Below are positions 55,165-64,000 of a stretch of DNA of 64,000 nucleotides, piece after piece (position 1 is the first letter of the stretch; every line of letters starts with the position of its first letter). A model generated the notes under the pieces. It saw nothing but the letters and a program-made list of their open reading frames with translations, did not search any database and had not been told where the DNA came from. Made by a program: the position numbers and the translations under genes. This stretch comes from Acidimicrobiia bacterium (lineage in GTDB: Bacteria > Actinomycetota > Acidimicrobiia > IMCC26256 > JAENVU01), in assembly GCA_031362155.1 (NCBI GenBank), contig JANLRZ010000180.1, positions 31,023 through 95,022 on the forward strand, in the 5' to 3' direction.

Positions 55165-56565
55165 TCAACCCGACGTGAACGGTGACCGAATACCCGCGAG
55201 ATCTGCCAAACGCGCGAGGCCGGGCTCGACCACGTCTGCCACCCGCGCGGCCGCGGCGAGCACTGCCGGGTCGTCCTTCAGCGCCGGCTTGATGCGGGCA
55301 GGGTTCAGCGCGCAGGCGTTGGCCCACTCGGCGATGTCGGGCTCGGCGCCGAAGGCCCGGCTTGCTCGCGCGCCCAGCACCTGCATCCGCGCCCAAGTGG
55401 CCAGCGTGTCGGGCAACTCGTTCGGCGGACACAGTCGATTGCGCTCGCGGTCGTCGGCGCGGGTCGCCTCGACGTAGCCGATCAGCGCCGCGTTGAAGCA
55501 CGGGAATCCGGCCCGGCTCGTCTGGATACGAATCGCATCTGGACTCCAGATTGGAACCACTGGCGGATATGCAAGCCCTGAGGCCGCGCAATGCACGATG
55601 ACCGCGCCCGGCGCGAGGGCCACCGCGCCGCGATCGCACACGATCTCGGAGTTCGTCACGTGTCGGATGTGTCCCAGGCGCACGACGTGCTCGATCGTGC
55701 GCAACCGATCAAGCTCCCAACGACCGAGTGTCGGTGTTTTGGCCATCGTGGGTGCAACGCGCGGGTCGATGCGCATCATCACGTCGGCGGTTTCGAGCCG
55801 GAGAAAGAGGTCGGCGAGCGACTCCGCCCCGGTGGCTGCGGTCATCGTGTCGGCCGTGAGCCCGAGCGCGACGACCGGGTCGGGCTGGACGACCGCGCGG
55901 TTGAGCATCCACGGCTCTCGTGGTCGGATCCACGTGATGTGATCGGGTGCGACGCCGTTCGTGAGCAACCACACGATGCCGTCGGTCGCGGTCTTCCCCG
56001 AACCAACGATTACGTAGTTGCTGGCTGCGACCTCGAGCCGGGCGAGATCGTTGATCGGGAGAATGCGCACGCCGTCGGCCACGACGAACGGTGGCGGTGT
56101 CGTCGCCGGGATCGTCGGCGCGAGGTAGGTGGCGTCGACGAAGCGGCGGCGGACGTCGACCTCGGTGGTCTGACCGGACTGGAGCGAGGTGACGAAATGG
56201 GTCGTGCCGTCGGTGTGGTACTCGTGGCCGCCGAGGAAGCGCAACCGGCCGGAGCCGAGGAACCGATGCTGCAGGATGTCGTCGTAGTAGGCCTGGATCT
56301 CGGACTGGTACGCCCGCTCCTGCAGCCCGGTCTCGGGGCCGTGCTCCTGGATCGCGCCGTGACCAAGCTCGGTCGACGCGACGCCGTAGAACAACGACGC
56401 TTGATGCAACTGCACGAACGGATACGCATCGTTCCAATGGCCGCTGGCCGCCTGACGCCGATCGACGATCGTGACGTGCACGTCGGCGTGATCGATCAGT
56501 GCATCGGTGAATGCCATCCCCATTGCCCCCGCCCCAACGACGAGGTAGTCGGTTGCGATGGCCAT
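55165..56565 (-). CDS. NAD(P)/FAD-dependent oxidoreductase
   Basis: DYLVVGAGAMG, GHWNDAYPFVQLHQ, VGSGKTATD. Confidence 0.85.
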   Translation of the reverse strand: MAIATDYLVVGAGAMGMAFTDALIDHADVHVTIVDRRQAASGHWNDAYPFVQLHQASLFYGVASTELGHGAIQEHGPETGLQERAYQSEIQAYYDDILQHRFLGSGRLRFLGGHEYHTDGTTHFVTSLQSGQTTEVDVRRRFVDATYLAPTIPATTPPPFVVADGVRILPINDLARLEVAASNYVIVGSGKTATDGIVWLLTNGVAPDHITWIRPREPWMLNRAVVQPDPVVALGLTADTMTAATGAESLADLFLRLETADVMMRIDPRVAPTMAKTPTLGRWELDRLRTIEHVVRLGHIRHVTNSEIVCDRGAVALAPGAVIVHCAASGLAYPPVVPIWSPDAIRIQTSRAGFPCFNAALIGYVEATRADDRERNRLCPPNELPDTLATWARMQVLGARASRAFGAEPDIAEWANACALNPARIKPALKDDPAVLAAAARVADVVEPGLARLADLAGIRSPFTSG

Positions 56566-56579
56566 ACCAGGTGGGCCTT

Positions 56580-58169
56580 TCAGGTCACGGTGAGGCAGGG
56601 GCACAGGGTCGAGGCACTGACCGACGAACCGGCGCCCGTGCCAGGGAGGACGACCCAGATGGTGGCGGTCCCCGTCGTCGCGTCGGTCGCGGCGGAAATG
56701 GGCACGGTGAGTGCGGTCTCGCTCTGAATCGTCACCGGTCCCACGTTCATCCCGGGCGTCGGGATCAACACGGTCGTCCCCGGGAAGAAGCCGGTGCCGT
56801 TGATTGTGAGGGTCGTGCTCGCGCCGCGTGCGATCGAGCCCGGCGCGGTACTGCTGATCGACGGGATCGTGACCGAGCGCATGAACACATCGTCGGTCTG
56901 GTTGGTGTCACCGGAGATGAAGTCGGGCGATATCGACTGGAACGCGATGGACCGACCGTCGCCGCTCAGTGACGGCTTCTCGTTCGGTTCGTTGATCTCG
57001 CCGCCCGTGGGGGTCGTGCTGATACGCCGGGTCTTCTGCTTGGATCGGTCGCGCACGTAGATGTCGTCACCGAAGTTCTCGTCTTCGGGAACCAGCTGAC
57101 CCCACGAGACGAACGCGACGTAGCGCGCGTCGGCGCTGATGGTGACCGTGTGGGACGAGCCTTGCGTCGGGACCGATCCGTTGTCGACGCTCGCCATGTT
57201 CGTGGTCTGCGTGGTGACGTTGCGGACGAACACATCGGTCGAGTCGTTGGCATCGACCGCAATGAGGTTCGTGGCGGTCGACTCGTAAGCGACGACCGAC
57301 CCGTCGCCGTTGATCGCCGGTCCGGAGCTGCCGGCCTCGGCTTGGGTTCCGGCGCTCGTCACACTGAGGCGGATCGTGACGCCGGCGGTGCGATCGCGAC
57401 GGAACACGTCGGATCCGGTGTTGGTGTCGCCGCCGACGAGGTTCGCGGCCGTGGATGCAAACGCAACGTATCGACCGTCCTGGTTGATGGCGGGTTGGGA
57501 GCTGGGTCCGTTGCCCACTGCGCCACTCGCCGTCACGCTGACCGACGTTGTGGTGCCGGTCACGAGGTCGTGGACGAACACGTCCGACTGCTCGTTGCCG
57601 TCGTTGGTCACGAGATTGTCGGCCGTCGAACTGAACGTGACGTAGCGCCCGTTGCCACTGATCCTCGGTCCCTCGCTGGGGCCGTTGGCGACGGTGCCGT
57701 TGGTCGCAACACTGACCCGGGTCGTGGTGCCCGCCGAACGGTCACGCACGTAGATCTGGGTGACGGCCGGCGCGGCGCTCGCCACGAGGTTCGACGCCGC
57801 GGAACGGAACGCCACGCGGGCGCCGTCGTCGCTGACCGACGGTTGGTCGCTCGCTCCGTTCCCCGAGGCGGAGCCGGTGGTCGTGCTTGCCAGTTGTACT
57901 GCGCCGGACTGTTGGTCGCGCACGAACACGTCGGGCGCGTTATTGGCGTCGGTGTTGGTGGTGAGGTTGTTGGCCCACGACTCGAACGCGACCCACCGGC
58001 CGTCGAAGTTGATGCTGGGTGCCCGGCTCGCGCTGTTCCCCTCGACGTTGTCGACCGACTGGCTGACCCGAACGAGCGTCGCGCACCCCGTGAGCGTGGC
58101 CAATGCGAGTGCGGCGGTGAGCGCGGTGACGCGTCGGCGGGCAGTCAGCGGCAGATGAATCGAAATCAC
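56580..58169 (-). CDS. TolB-like PD40-repeat beta-propeller lipoprotein with C-terminal IPT/TIG-like domain
   Basis: Lipobox LTGC; repeated PSIxxDGRxVAFxSxATNL..DxN..DVFVRD. Confidence 0.85.
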   Translation of the reverse strand: MISIHLPLTARRRVTALTAALALATLTGCATLVRVSQSVDNVEGNSASRAPSINFDGRWVAFESWANNLTTNTDANNAPDVFVRDQQSGAVQLASTTTGSASGNGASDQPSVSDDGARVAFRSAASNLVASAAPAVTQIYVRDRSAGTTTRVSVATNGTVANGPSEGPRISGNGRYVTFSSTADNLVTNDGNEQSDVFVHDLVTGTTTSVSVTASGAVGNGPSSQPAINQDGRYVAFASTAANLVGGDTNTGSDVFRRDRTAGVTIRLSVTSAGTQAEAGSSGPAINGDGSVVAYESTATNLIAVDANDSTDVFVRNVTTQTTNMASVDNGSVPTQGSSHTVTISADARYVAFVSWGQLVPEDENFGDDIYVRDRSKQKTRRISTTPTGGEINEPNEKPSLSGDGRSIAFQSISPDFISGDTNQTDDVFMRSVTIPSISSTAPGSIARGASTTLTINGTGFFPGTTVLIPTPGMNVGPVTIQSETALTVPISAATDATTGTATIWVVLPGTGAGSSVSASTLCPCLTVT

Positions 58170-58262
58170 GGCGGAACGAGCCTCCCAACGGTGACCCTCC
58201 GAATGCGGACACCGAGCCTCAAAGAGTACGAGATCAGGCCGGCCGTGCGCCGGTCGGCGAGG

Positions 58263-58802
58263 TCAGGAGCTCTCGGAGGGAGGAGCGTGGTCGTTTCCCT
58301 CGTGGGAGTGCTGGTCAGTGAACCCAGCCGCGCCGTCCTGGTCGAGCCGGGCCCGAAACTCCTCGAGCTCCTGCTCGATGTGGTCATCGTCGGGCATCTC
58401 GGGGATCACGACGTCGACCTCGGCGAGGAGCAGTTCCGCGACGAAGATCGGTGCGTTGACCCGCAGCGCGAGGGCGATCGCATCGGAGGGACGGCTGTCG
58501 AGCCGCACGTCGCCGATGGGTCCGCGGAGCGAGAGTTCGGCGTAGAGCGCGCCATTGCGGCGGTTCGTCACCTCGACCGCGTCCACGTGGGTGCCGCTCG
58601 CGGCGAGCAGCGAGACCAGGAGGTCGTGGGCCTCGGGTCGCGGCGGCTCGTCTCCGTTGACGGCCGCCGCGACCGAGACGGCCTCTTCCCCGGCGATCAT
58701 GATCGACAACGCCCGAGCGGGTTGGTCGCGTTCGCGCAAGACCATTGCGACCCCTCCGGTACCGGGGTCGAGTTGCATGCCGGAGAACTCCACTCGCTTC
58801 AC
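58263..58802 (-). CDS. Bifunctional nuclease family protein (DUF151)
   Basis: RPEAHDL, LYAEL, DSRPSDAIALALR..PIFV, EFRARLD. Confidence 0.88.
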   Translation of the reverse strand: MKRVEFSGMQLDPGTGGVAMVLRERDQPARALSIMIAGEEAVSVAAAVNGDEPPRPEAHDLLVSLLAASGTHVDAVEVTNRRNGALYAELSLRGPIGDVRLDSRPSDAIALALRVNAPIFVAELLLAEVDVVIPEMPDDDHIEQELEEFRARLDQDGAAGFTDQHSHEGNDHAPPSESS

Positions 58803-58925
58803 GAGGGAGTCAACGATTTCGTGGCCGCATTAGTTCCGAACTGCGGCGCGTGCTCCGCATGGGTTCGCCGGTGTTCCCAGCTCAGTCTCAGTCTCGGTCG
58901 CGGTGATCTGGGGCGTCTCGCCCGG

Positions 58926-59393
58926 TCAGGTGAAGATGATCTGGCCGCCGGCCGCCTTCGCGTAGAACTCGCCGACCGTGATGATGTCCTCAATCGAGTC
59001 GATGAAGTCATCAGCCGACAGGCCGAACATGTCGACGGACGCCTTGCATGCGTACATCCCGGCGCCGGTGTCGCCGATCATCTCGAGGAACTCCGGAATG
59101 GGCGGGATGTCGAGTTCCGCCATCTTCTTCTCCATCATGTGGGTGGCGAGCGCCGACATCCCGGGGAGACCGCCGACCAGCGTCGCCATGTGCATGCCCG
59201 GGTTGCCGACCGTTGCGACCTTGATGTGTTCGATGCGCTTGCGGTGGATGGCGTCGAGTCCGAAGAAGGTGAAGAAGAGATTCGCTTCGATCCCTTCGGC
59301 CCGCGCACCATTGGCCATGATCAACGCGGGGTAGATCCCTTCGAGCGAGCCCTTCGAGACGATGATCGAGACCTTGGTGATCAGGTCAGTCAT
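58926..59393 (-). CDS. dsrE: DsrE2-like sulfur carrier protein
   Basis: YPALIMANGARAEG, LFFTFFGLD, YACKASVDMF. Confidence 0.88.
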   Translation of the reverse strand: MTDLITKVSIIVSKGSLEGIYPALIMANGARAEGIEANLFFTFFGLDAIHRKRIEHIKVATVGNPGMHMATLVGGLPGMSALATHMMEKKMAELDIPPIPEFLEMIGDTGAGMYACKASVDMFGLSADDFIDSIEDIITVGEFYAKAAGGQIIFT

Positions 59394-59440
59394 GGAGCGT
59401 CCTTTCGACATTCGAGCTGCGACGGCAGCAGGTCCAGTGA

Positions 59441-59758
59441 TCAGATGCAGCCGCGGGGCTTCGGGATACCGGCGATCTTCGCGGCGAGCTTGGCCGGGCC
59501 CTTCGGGAACAACTGGTAGAGCTCTTTCACCGAGACGCCGGAACTCTTCCCGAGCGCGCGGACCGTAGGCCCAGTGCCCTTCTCGAAGTACTCCGTGCGC
59601 ATGTAGTGGATGACGTCCCAGTGTCGGTCGGTCAGTGGCTCGATCGATTCGCGTTTCGCGATTTCGGCGGCCATCTCCTCGGTCCACTGTTCCGGATGTT
59701 CGAAGAAGCCTTCGTCGTTCAGGTCGACGTCGACCCCGGCGAGGGTGGTTGCAGTCAC
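59441..59758 (-). CDS. tusE: TusE/DsrC family sulfur relay protein (single C-terminal Cys)
   Basis: DEGFF...W, LTDRHW, LFPKGPAKLAAKIAGIPKPRGCI. Confidence 0.9.
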   Translation of the reverse strand: MTATTLAGVDVDLNDEGFFEHPEQWTEEMAAEIAKRESIEPLTDRHWDVIHYMRTEYFEKGTGPTVRALGKSSGVSVKELYQLFPKGPAKLAAKIAGIPKPRGCI

Positions 59759-59784
59759 GGTTCCTCCTCGGAACGGGTGGGTGG

Positions 59785-61032
59785 TCAGGACGGAGCGGAC
59801 GAGTCGATGCGTTTGCCGGCGCGGGGCATGCCGGGGGTGATGCCCGGGATGTCCCGACCGGGCAGCAGTGCGTGCCAGTAGAACCACTGGAACATGAGCT
59901 TGCCGAGGTGGTTGAGCCGCGACTCCTTCAGCAGCGGCACGCCCACGGGCGTCGGGAAGTGGCCCGGGACCGGCTCCTGCTCGTAGTTGAAGTCGATCAG
60001 CATCGCCTGGTGGAATCCGGTCTCGATGAAGCAGTTCGCGTGCCCGTCGTACGACGCGTCGAGTGGTTCGCTGTGCAGGAACCGCTGAATGTTCTCGACG
60101 AGGATCTCGCCCTCGAAGTGGGTGACCGATCCGGCCTTGGAGATCGGAAGGTTGGCCGCGTCTCCGATCGCGAAGATGTTCGGCTTGGCCTTCGACTGCA
60201 AGGTGTGTTCGTCGGTCGCGACGAAGTCCAGGTCGTCGCCGAGCCCCGGCGAGTGACCGACGAACGCGGCGCCGCTGTGCGCAGGAATCACGACCGCGAG
60301 ATCGAACGGGACCGCGCGCTCGTCGTAGCTGATGAGTCGACCGCGGGCACCGTCGACCTCGCCGGTGTTGAACTCGGTGACCACCTCGATGCCGCGATCG
60401 GCGAGCATCCCGCCGAGCACCTCCGAAGCGACGGGCTTGGTGAACGCACCGTCGAGCGGTGTCACGTAGGTGATCGTCACCGCGTCACGGATGCCGCGCT
60501 CGTGGAAGTACCAATCGGCGAGGAAACAGAACTCGAGCGGCGCGACCGGGCACTTGATCGGCATATCGATCACGTTCACGACGAGGCGCCCTCCGGTGAA
60601 GTCCTCGAGCTGGTCGCGGAGCGCGCTGGCGCCGGGTAGGTCGTAGAAGGTGCAGACCTTTTCCATCCAGCCCGCGCCAGTGAGGCCTTCGGTCTCGTCG
60701 GGAACGAGGCGCGATCCCGTCGCGACCACGAGCACGTCGTAGTCGAGCACGGCCCCGTTCGCGAGATGGACCTGATCGGTCGCGATGTCGACGTGATCCA
60801 CCGCATGTTGGTGGTAGTCGATTCCATGGTGGAGTTGACGTTCACGTGGACGCATGATGTCGTCGGGTTCGGCCAAGCCGAACGGAACGAACAACAGGCC
60901 CGGCTGATAGATGTGGTCACCGTCGATGTCGACGACGGTGATCTCGGCGTCGGACGGCAGTGCCTTTCGGAGGCGGTTCGCGGTGAGCGTGCCGCCGGTA
61001 CCGCCACCGAGAATGACGACACGCGGGGTCAC
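59785..61032 (-). CDS. sqr: Sulfide:quinone oxidoreductase (type III-like)
   Basis: ILGGGTGG, HIYQPGLLF, IKCPVAPLEF, GDA..P.SKAGS, GHANCFIETG. Confidence 0.88.
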   Translation of the reverse strand: MTPRVVILGGGTGGTLTANRLRKALPSDAEITVVDIDGDHIYQPGLLFVPFGLAEPDDIMRPRERQLHHGIDYHQHAVDHVDIATDQVHLANGAVLDYDVLVVATGSRLVPDETEGLTGAGWMEKVCTFYDLPGASALRDQLEDFTGGRLVVNVIDMPIKCPVAPLEFCFLADWYFHERGIRDAVTITYVTPLDGAFTKPVASEVLGGMLADRGIEVVTEFNTGEVDGARGRLISYDERAVPFDLAVVIPAHSGAAFVGHSPGLGDDLDFVATDEHTLQSKAKPNIFAIGDAANLPISKAGSVTHFEGEILVENIQRFLHSEPLDASYDGHANCFIETGFHQAMLIDFNYEQEPVPGHFPTPVGVPLLKESRLNHLGKLMFQWFYWHALLPGRDIPGITPGMPRAGKRIDSSAPS

Positions 61033-61155
61033 GCGCGCCGGGCCATCGCGAGGGATCTGTTGGTCACTCCGAGAGGGTACGGAGCCGCCGGTGGAGGGTG
61101 TAGGGCCGAAGGGCCTTGGTGGGACGGGCCGGACGCGCGATGTTGTCGGCGATGC

Positions 61156-61794
61156 TCAGCCCGTCGAGATGTCGACGACGAGGCGTGGAGGCGCGGTGAG
61201 CCTGGTCACGGTGAAGGGGCGGGTCCGGTCGAGACCGAGAGCCCAGGCGCTCTGACCTTCGAAGTCTTCGTTGAGTTGGTACTCGAGAATCGAGCTGACG
61301 TTCGTCGGCACGACCACGCGCGGACCGGCATACCCGTTCTGGTCCGGGCCGTTCATCCATGAACTCAACGAGACCATGAGCACCGCGTCGCCGCGGATGG
61401 TCACCGGGAGGCCGCTCGGCGATGCGGTGATGGGCTTGGGTACGTACCGGACCCAATAGCCGGGGAACGGGAGTGCCGGATCCGACGGTTGGAGTTCGAT
61501 GACGAAGCGGTCGAAACACGGATGCGCTCCGGTGCGGACGTCCCTGCCCACGAGCGCACTCATACGGTTCGGGAAGCCGTCGCGGACGTCCGCAGTTCCG
61601 CCGCTCGGACAACCGTTGGTGGTTGGCGGAGTTCCGGTCGTCGACGAACTCGGCGACGCGGTGGTCGTAGAGGTGGACCGACTGACCGGTGGACGGGGCT
61701 TGGTCGTGGTCGTCGACCTCGGAGTGCTGCTACTTCCGCTGCACGCGCCCAGCGACAAGGCGACAATGGCCACCAACACGATGGATTTCCTCAT
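61156..61794 (-). CDS. Lipoprotein with AMIN-like domain
   Basis: Lipobox LGAC, Ser/Thr linker, VRTGAHPCFDRFVIE, DFEG..WALGL..RPF, PRLVVDI. Confidence 0.78.
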   Translation of the reverse strand: MRKSIVLVAIVALSLGACSGSSSTPRSTTTTKPRPPVSRSTSTTTASPSSSTTGTPPTTNGCPSGGTADVRDGFPNRMSALVGRDVRTGAHPCFDRFVIELQPSDPALPFPGYWVRYVPKPITASPSGLPVTIRGDAVLMVSLSSWMNGPDQNGYAGPRVVVPTNVSSILEYQLNEDFEGQSAWALGLDRTRPFTVTRLTAPPRLVVDISTG

Positions 61795-62019
61795 GTCCGA
61801 AGTGTGCCGGAGTGGCAGGCCCGCGGCCAGGGCAGGAGGTCCCACTTCTGAGAGATTCGGGACCACGATCGCGGTGTCGGCGGCTCTGGTCCACCTTGGG
61901 GTGGGACTTTCGACCCTTCGATGAGGGCCATGCGCTGGTTTCTTCGCTCGGCACCGGTCGTCACGATGGTTGAGCGTCGGCAATCACCGGTGCTTCGATT
62001 CGATCACAGGGGGCCATTC

Positions 62020-62625
62020 ATGCGTCGTCGCACGCTCGATCTCTTCTTCGTTGTCGGAGGATTCGCGCTCGCGGTCCTCTTGCTCGTTCTCGGGCTCGTA
62101 CTGCAATCAAACGCGAACTTCGCCAACGATTACGTGAAGGAACAGCTCTCTACGCAACGCATCACCTTTACGCCGGCGGCCAACCTCGCGCCCGAGGAGA
62201 AGCAGGCCGGCTGCCTCGTGACGAACGCGGGTCAACCATTGACGAGCGGTCCCGAGGCCGAGTGCTACGCGAACGAATACATCGCCCTGCACCTCACTGA
62301 GGTCAACGATGGCAAGACCTACTCGGAGACGAGTGGCGCGGCCCGGGCGGCGAAGACCGCAGCGACCGCGGCGAAGGAGAAGGGCGCGCCCGACGCCGCA
62401 ACGCTCGACGAACAGGCTCAGGTGCTCGACGGAAAGGTCCAGACGCTGTTCCGGGGCGAGACACTTCGAGGCCTGCTCCTCACGTCGTACGGCTTCAGCG
62501 AGTTCGGACGAAAGGCCGGGCAGGCCGCGCTGGTCGCCTTCCTCGTGGCCGGGGTCCTGATGCTCGCGTCGATCGCCGGCATCGTGCACCTGACGCGTAC
62601 TCCGAAGAACGAGGTCGTCGAGTGA
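62020..62625 (+). CDS. Hypothetical membrane protein (two TM, extracellular Cys pair)
   Basis: N- and C-terminal hydrophobic helices; TLFRGETLRGLLL. Confidence 0.7.
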   Translation: MRRRTLDLFFVVGGFALAVLLLVLGLVLQSNANFANDYVKEQLSTQRITFTPAANLAPEEKQAGCLVTNAGQPLTSGPEAECYANEYIALHLTEVNDGKTYSETSGAARAAKTAATAAKEKGAPDAATLDEQAQVLDGKVQTLFRGETLRGLLLTSYGFSEFGRKAGQAALVAFLVAGVLMLASIAGIVHLTRTPKNEVVE

Positions 62626-62678
62626 TCGACGCCGGTGATGTTGCGCTCTGAGGTGGGACTGGCGAAGTCCGCTGGCCG

Positions 62679-62894
62679 TCAGTCGTCGGAGTCGAGTCGG
62701 AAGCCGACTTTCATGCTCACCTGAAAGTGGCCGACCGCTCCGTCTTGCAGGTGGCCGCGGATCTCGGTGACCTCGAACCACTCGAGGTTCCGCAGTGACT
62801 CGGCGGCTCGGCTGACGCCGTTGCGGATGGCCGCGTCGACACCCTCGGGTGACGAACCGACGATCTCGGTGATCTTGTACGTGTGATCCACCAT
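62679..62894 (-). CDS. Dodecin (flavin-binding)
   Basis: HTYKITEIVGSS, SLRNLEWFEV, FQVSMKVGFRL; RBS aaggag. Confidence 0.95.
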   Translation of the reverse strand: MVDHTYKITEIVGSSPEGVDAAIRNGVSRAAESLRNLEWFEVTEIRGHLQDGAVGHFQVSMKVGFRLDSDD

Positions 62895-63075
62895 CGCGGT
62901 TGTGCTCCTTCTCGTGCCGGGCCACCTGGACCCGGGGATGCGTTCACCGTCAGCTTCTCACTTATCTCGAAGAATCGCAGACCCGGATCGGTGCCGGATC
63001 GGTCTTCGAGCCATGGGACCCACGAGTCCACGAGCGTCTGATGATTTTCGTCGGAAGGCAGAGTACTGCTGGCTC

Positions 63076-63564
63076 TCAGTCGTCGGTCTGGTGTCCGCGG
63101 ATCACGAGCACCGGGCAGGGGCTGTGGTGTGTGACATAGCTGCTGACCGATCCGAGCAGGACGTCGACGATTGCCCGGTGACCATGGGAGCCGACGACGA
63201 TCAGCGCGGCGCCCTGTTCCTCGGCGAGCGCGCAGAGCCGGGCGCCGATCGATCCGGATTGCTCGACGATCTGCTGACGGATGGGACGGGGTCCGAAGGC
63301 CTGCGCGGAGCGCGCGAGCGCACCTTCGGCCGCCACGATCCCCCCGCGATGCTCCGCCTCGGCATGTTCGTAGGTCTCGACCGGTCCCTCGAATCCGCCG
63401 GCGTCCTCCTGCGGGTCGTGGAACGCGTCGACCACCATGACCAGGGACAGTTCGGCATCTGCCGGCACCAGGTGGGCGGCCTCATGCGCGGCGAGCAATG
63501 ACGCGTCCGTTCCGTCGGTCGCGATGATCACGTGGATGGGAGTCTCGGCGCTGGGTTCGGTCAT
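63076..63564 (-). CDS. Universal stress protein
   Basis: IIATDGT, LIVVGSHG, LLGSVSSYVTHHSPCPVLVI. Confidence 0.92.
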   Translation of the reverse strand: MTEPSAETPIHVIIATDGTDASLLAAHEAAHLVPADAELSLVMVVDAFHDPQEDAGGFEGPVETYEHAEAEHRGGIVAAEGALARSAQAFGPRPIRQQIVEQSGSIGARLCALAEEQGAALIVVGSHGHRAIVDVLLGSVSSYVTHHSPCPVLVIRGHQTDD

Positions 63565-63662
63565 CGATCGGCTCACTTTCAACGATTGGCTAGGTCACGA
63601 CAGTCGGGCCTCGGAGACCTCGAACGAACCGTCGAGTCGTGACCTGAGAATGCGTGCTCGAC

Positions 63663-64000
63663 TCACGATGAGCCAGGGCCGATGGTCCCCTTCTTCGACG
63701 GGAAGTCGGCGCCCGGCGATCGGGCGACGTACTTGCCGATGGCCGTGTCGGCCGCGACGAGCTCGACGGTGTCGGGGATCTGATCGAAGTCGACGACCGT
63801 TGCCTAGCCACCGATCCGACCGGCGGGCGGCGCCGGTTGCTTCGAGTACCGCATCAGGGACCACTACCGAGGTTCGATCGATCAGGACCTCTGCGCCGAG
63901 CCGCGCGCAGGAGTCGAGCTTCTCGGGACCAGCTGCGACCGCGATGACCCGCGCTGCGAGTGCGTGGCCCAACTGGACTGCGGCTGCGCCAGAACCGCCC
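63663..64000 (-). pseudogene. Remnant of a zinc-binding-dehydrogenase/NADPH:quinone oxidoreductase family gene
   Basis: GGSGAAAVQLGHALAARVIAVAAGPEK..C..LGAEVLID, then a frame change near 63800-63830 to TVVDFDQIPDTVELVAADTAIGKYVAR. The intervening part of the fold appears to be missing. Confidence 0.65.

Noticed and set aside
59441-59758. Dissimilatory sulfite reduction/oxidation (DsrC) call
   Set aside because: The second conserved C-terminal Cys is missing and there is no dsrAB in the window; TusE-type is the better call.
1-64000. Mobile elements, prophage, CRISPR arrays, rRNA or tRNA genes
   Set aside because: No transposase, integrase, phage structural gene, repeat-spacer array or structural RNA signature was recognised.

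Overview
High-GC actinobacterial window, most likely class Acidimicrobiia (inferred from gene content; no rRNA or tRNA seen). It holds about 57 densely packed CDS. Left part: the 5' end of selA; a NUDIX/MBL pair; a promoter-led five-gene operon (DUF2855, TetR, hypothetical, haloalkane dehalogenase, lipoprotein); an Fe-S locus (Mrp/ApbC divergent from an HTH regulator, ErpA/IscA, a compact 2Fe-2S/molybdopterin-enzyme fusion and RidA); and a nitrogen locus (GlnR-like regulator and GlnA2-type GS divergent from GSII). Middle: a PAS-GGDEF-EAL protein, secreted enzymes, a 9x Ig-like/beta-helix surface protein and assorted hydrolases. The standout is 40.6-54.2 kb. There, an alpha-dioxygenase-like heme peroxidase with a TPR-like N-terminus, a divergent lipoxygenase, a DyP peroxidase with an HFARF-type partner, a catalase-fold heme protein, a cyclase-STAND ATPase and a large membrane patatin-like lipase sit together as a candidate complete oxylipin (fatty-acid hydroperoxide) pathway. 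Right end: an SQR-TusE-DsrE sulfur-handling operon, dodecin, a USP and a decayed quinone oxidoreductase. All product calls come from motifs recognised by eye; no database searches were run. Start codons marked as chosen are my picks within the supplied ORFs.
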